A stretch of DNA of 64,000 bases from Mobula hypostoma (Eukaryota): NCBI RefSeq assembly GCF_963921235.1, contig NC_086108.1, positions 87,298,001-87,362,000 on the forward strand, in the 5' to 3' direction. Shown in pieces: positions 61,600 through 64,000 of this stretch. Made by a program: the position numbers and the translations under genes. Position 1 is the stretch's first letter. Each line of letters starts with the position of its first letter. The notes beneath the pieces were generated by a model. That model searched no databases, had not been told where the DNA came from, and saw nothing but the letters and a program-made list of their open reading frames with translations.

Positions 61600-64000
61600 T
61601 GTGGCAGGGGGATGGGAACAAGTGCAGAGAGGCAGAGGGGTGTAAAATGAGGGTAGAAGCAAAAAGTACTAAGGAGAAAAGTAAAAGTGGCAGGCCGACA
61701 AATCCAGGGCAAGCATTAAAAAGGGCCACTTTTCAACATAATTGTATAAGGGCTAAGAGAGTTGTAAAAGCGCGCCTGAAGGCTTTGTGTGTCAATGCAA
61801 GGAGCATTCGTAACAAGGTAGATGAATTAAAAGTGCAGATTTTTATTAATGAATATGATATAGTTGGGATCACAGAGACTTGGCTCCAGGGTGACCAAGG
61901 ATGGGAGCTCAACATTCAGGGATATTCAATATTCAGGAGGGATAGACATGAAAGAAAAGGAGGTGGAGTAGCATTGCTGGTTAGAGAGGAGATTAACGCA
62001 ATAGAAAGGAAGGACATTAGCCGGGAGGATGTGGAATCAGTATGGGTAGAGCTGCATAACACTAAGGGGCAGAAAACGCTGGTGGGAGTTATGTACAGGC
62101 CACCTAGCAGTAGTAGTGAGGTTGGGGATGGCATTAAACGGGAAATTAGAAATGCGTGCAATAAAGGGACAGCAGTTATAATGGGTGACTTCAATCTACA
62201 TATAGATTGGGTGAACCAAATTGGTAAGGGTGCTGAGGAAGAGGATTTCTTGGAATGTATGCAGGATGGTTTTCTGAACCAACGTGTCGAGGAACCAGCT
62301 AGAGAGCAGGCTATTCTAGACTGGGTATTGAACAATGAGGAAGGGTTAATTAGCAATCTTGTCGTGAGAGGCCTCTTGGGTAAGAGTGACCATAATATGG
62401 TGGAATTCTTCATTAAGGTGGAGAGTGACATAGTTAATTCAGAAACAAAGGTTCTGAACTTAAAGAAGGGTAACTTTGAAGGTATGAGACGTTAATTAGC
62501 TAAGATAGACTGGCAAATAATACTTAAAAGGTTGACGGTGGATATGCAATGGCAAGCATTTAAAGATCGCATGGATGAACTACAACAATTGTTCATCCCA
62601 GTTTGGCAAAAGAATAAACCAGGGAAGGTAGTGCACCCATGGCTGACAAGGGAAATTAGGGATAGTATCAATTCCAAAGAAGAAGCATACAAATTAGCCA
62701 GAAAAAGCGGCTCACCTGAGGACTGGGAGAAATTCAGGGTCCAGCAGAGGAGGACAAAGGGCTTAATTAGGAAAGGGAAAAAAAGATTATGAGAGAAAAC
62801 AGGCAGGGAACATAAAAACTGACTGTAAAAGTTTTTATAGATATGTGAAAAGAAAAAGATTGGTTAAGACAAATGTAGGTCCCTTACAGTCAGAAATAGG
62901 TGAATTGATCATGGGGGACAAGGACATGGCAGACCAATTGAATAACTACTTTGGTTCTGTCTTCACTAAGGAGGACATAAATAATCTTCCGGAAATAGTA
63001 GGGGACAAAGAGTCTAGTGAGATGGAGGAACTGAGGGAAATACATGTTAGTAGGGAAGTGGTGTTAGGTAAATTGAAGGGATTAAAGGCAGATAAATCCC
63101 CAGGGCCAGATGGTCTGCATCCCAGAGTGCTTAAGGAAGTAGCCCAAGAAATAGTGGATGCATTAGTGATAATTTTTCAAAACTCTTCAGATTCTGGACT
63201 AGTTCCTGAGGATTGGAGGGTGGCTAATGTAACCCCACTTTTTAAAAAAGGAGAGAGAGAGAAACCGGGGAATTATAGACCGGTTAGCCTAACGTCGGTG
63301 GTGGGGAAACTGCTGGAGTCAGTTATCAAAGATGTGATGACAGCACATTTGGAAAGCGGTGAAATCGTCGGACAAAGTCAGCATGGATTTGTGAAAGGAA
63401 AATCATGTCTGACAAATCTAATAGAATTTTTTGAGGATGTAACTAGTAGAGTGGATAGGGGAGAACCAGTGGATGTGGTATGTTTGGATTTTCAAAAGGC
63501 TTTTGACAAGGTCCCACACAGGAGATTAGTGTGCAAACTTAAAGCACATGGTATTGGGGGTATGGTATTGATGCGGATAGATAACTGGTTGGCAGACGGG
63601 AAGCAAAGAGTGGGAATAAACGGGACCTTTTCAGAATGGCAGGCGGTGACTAGTGGGGTACCGCAAGGCTCAGTGCTGGGACCCCAGTTGTTTACAATAT
63701 ATATTAATGACTTAGATGAGGGAATTAAATGCAGCATCTCCAAGTTTGCAGATGACACGAAACTGGGCGGCAGTGTTAGCTGTGAGGAGGATGCTAGGAG
63801 GATGCAGGGTGACTTGGATAGGTTAGGTGAGTGGGCAAATTCATGGCAGATGCAATTTAATGTGGATAAATGTGAGGTTATCCACTTTGGTGGCAAAAAC
63901 AGGAAAACAGTTTATTATCTGAATGGTGGCCGATTAGGAAAAGGGGAGGTGCAACAAGACCTGGGTGTCATTATACACCAGTCATTGAAAGTGGGCATGC
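61599..64000 (+). pseudogene. CR1 ORF2: APE endonuclease plus reverse transcriptase
   Basis: NARSIRNK, GITETW, GGGVALLV, YRPP, MGDFN, SDHN, then [27 protein letters not shown]. Stop at 62493-95 and frameshift in the A-run at about 62780. Confidence 0.92.

Larger units (their letters stand above)
60244..64000 (+). mobile_element. Near-full-length CR1 LINE (5' UTR, ORF1, ORF2), runs off the window
   Basis: GC-rich 5' UTR with two 103-bp repeats, followed by ORF1 and ORF2 remnants with few lesions. Confidence 0.93.

Overview
Repeat-dense, non-genic (intronic or intergenic) vertebrate DNA. The repeat mix looks like a cartilaginous fish, probably a ray (inference only). No host protein-coding gene, rRNA, true tRNA or CRISPR array is supported; nearly all long ORFs are pieces of decayed retroelements. 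Contents: many CR1 LINEs (one near-full-length copy from about 60244 to the window end), Rex1/Babar and RTE fragments, Penelope-like elements (PLEs) of two types, tRNA-derived SINEs, Tc1, hAT and PIF/Harbinger DNA elements, and three probable solo LTRs. The most interesting layer is catalytic RNA. The PLE terminal repeat carries a minimal hammerhead ribozyme motif, with at least 7 core-intact copies. It recurs as a 106-bp TSD-flanked insert, as short fold-back hairpins and in a 2.3-kb inverted-repeat PLE with a 12-bp TSD. A degenerate HDV-like ribozyme fold may lie at the 5' end of an RTE-related non-autonomous element near 59.9 kb. Boundaries without a stated TSD or TIR are approximate, and family assignments were made by eye without database searches.
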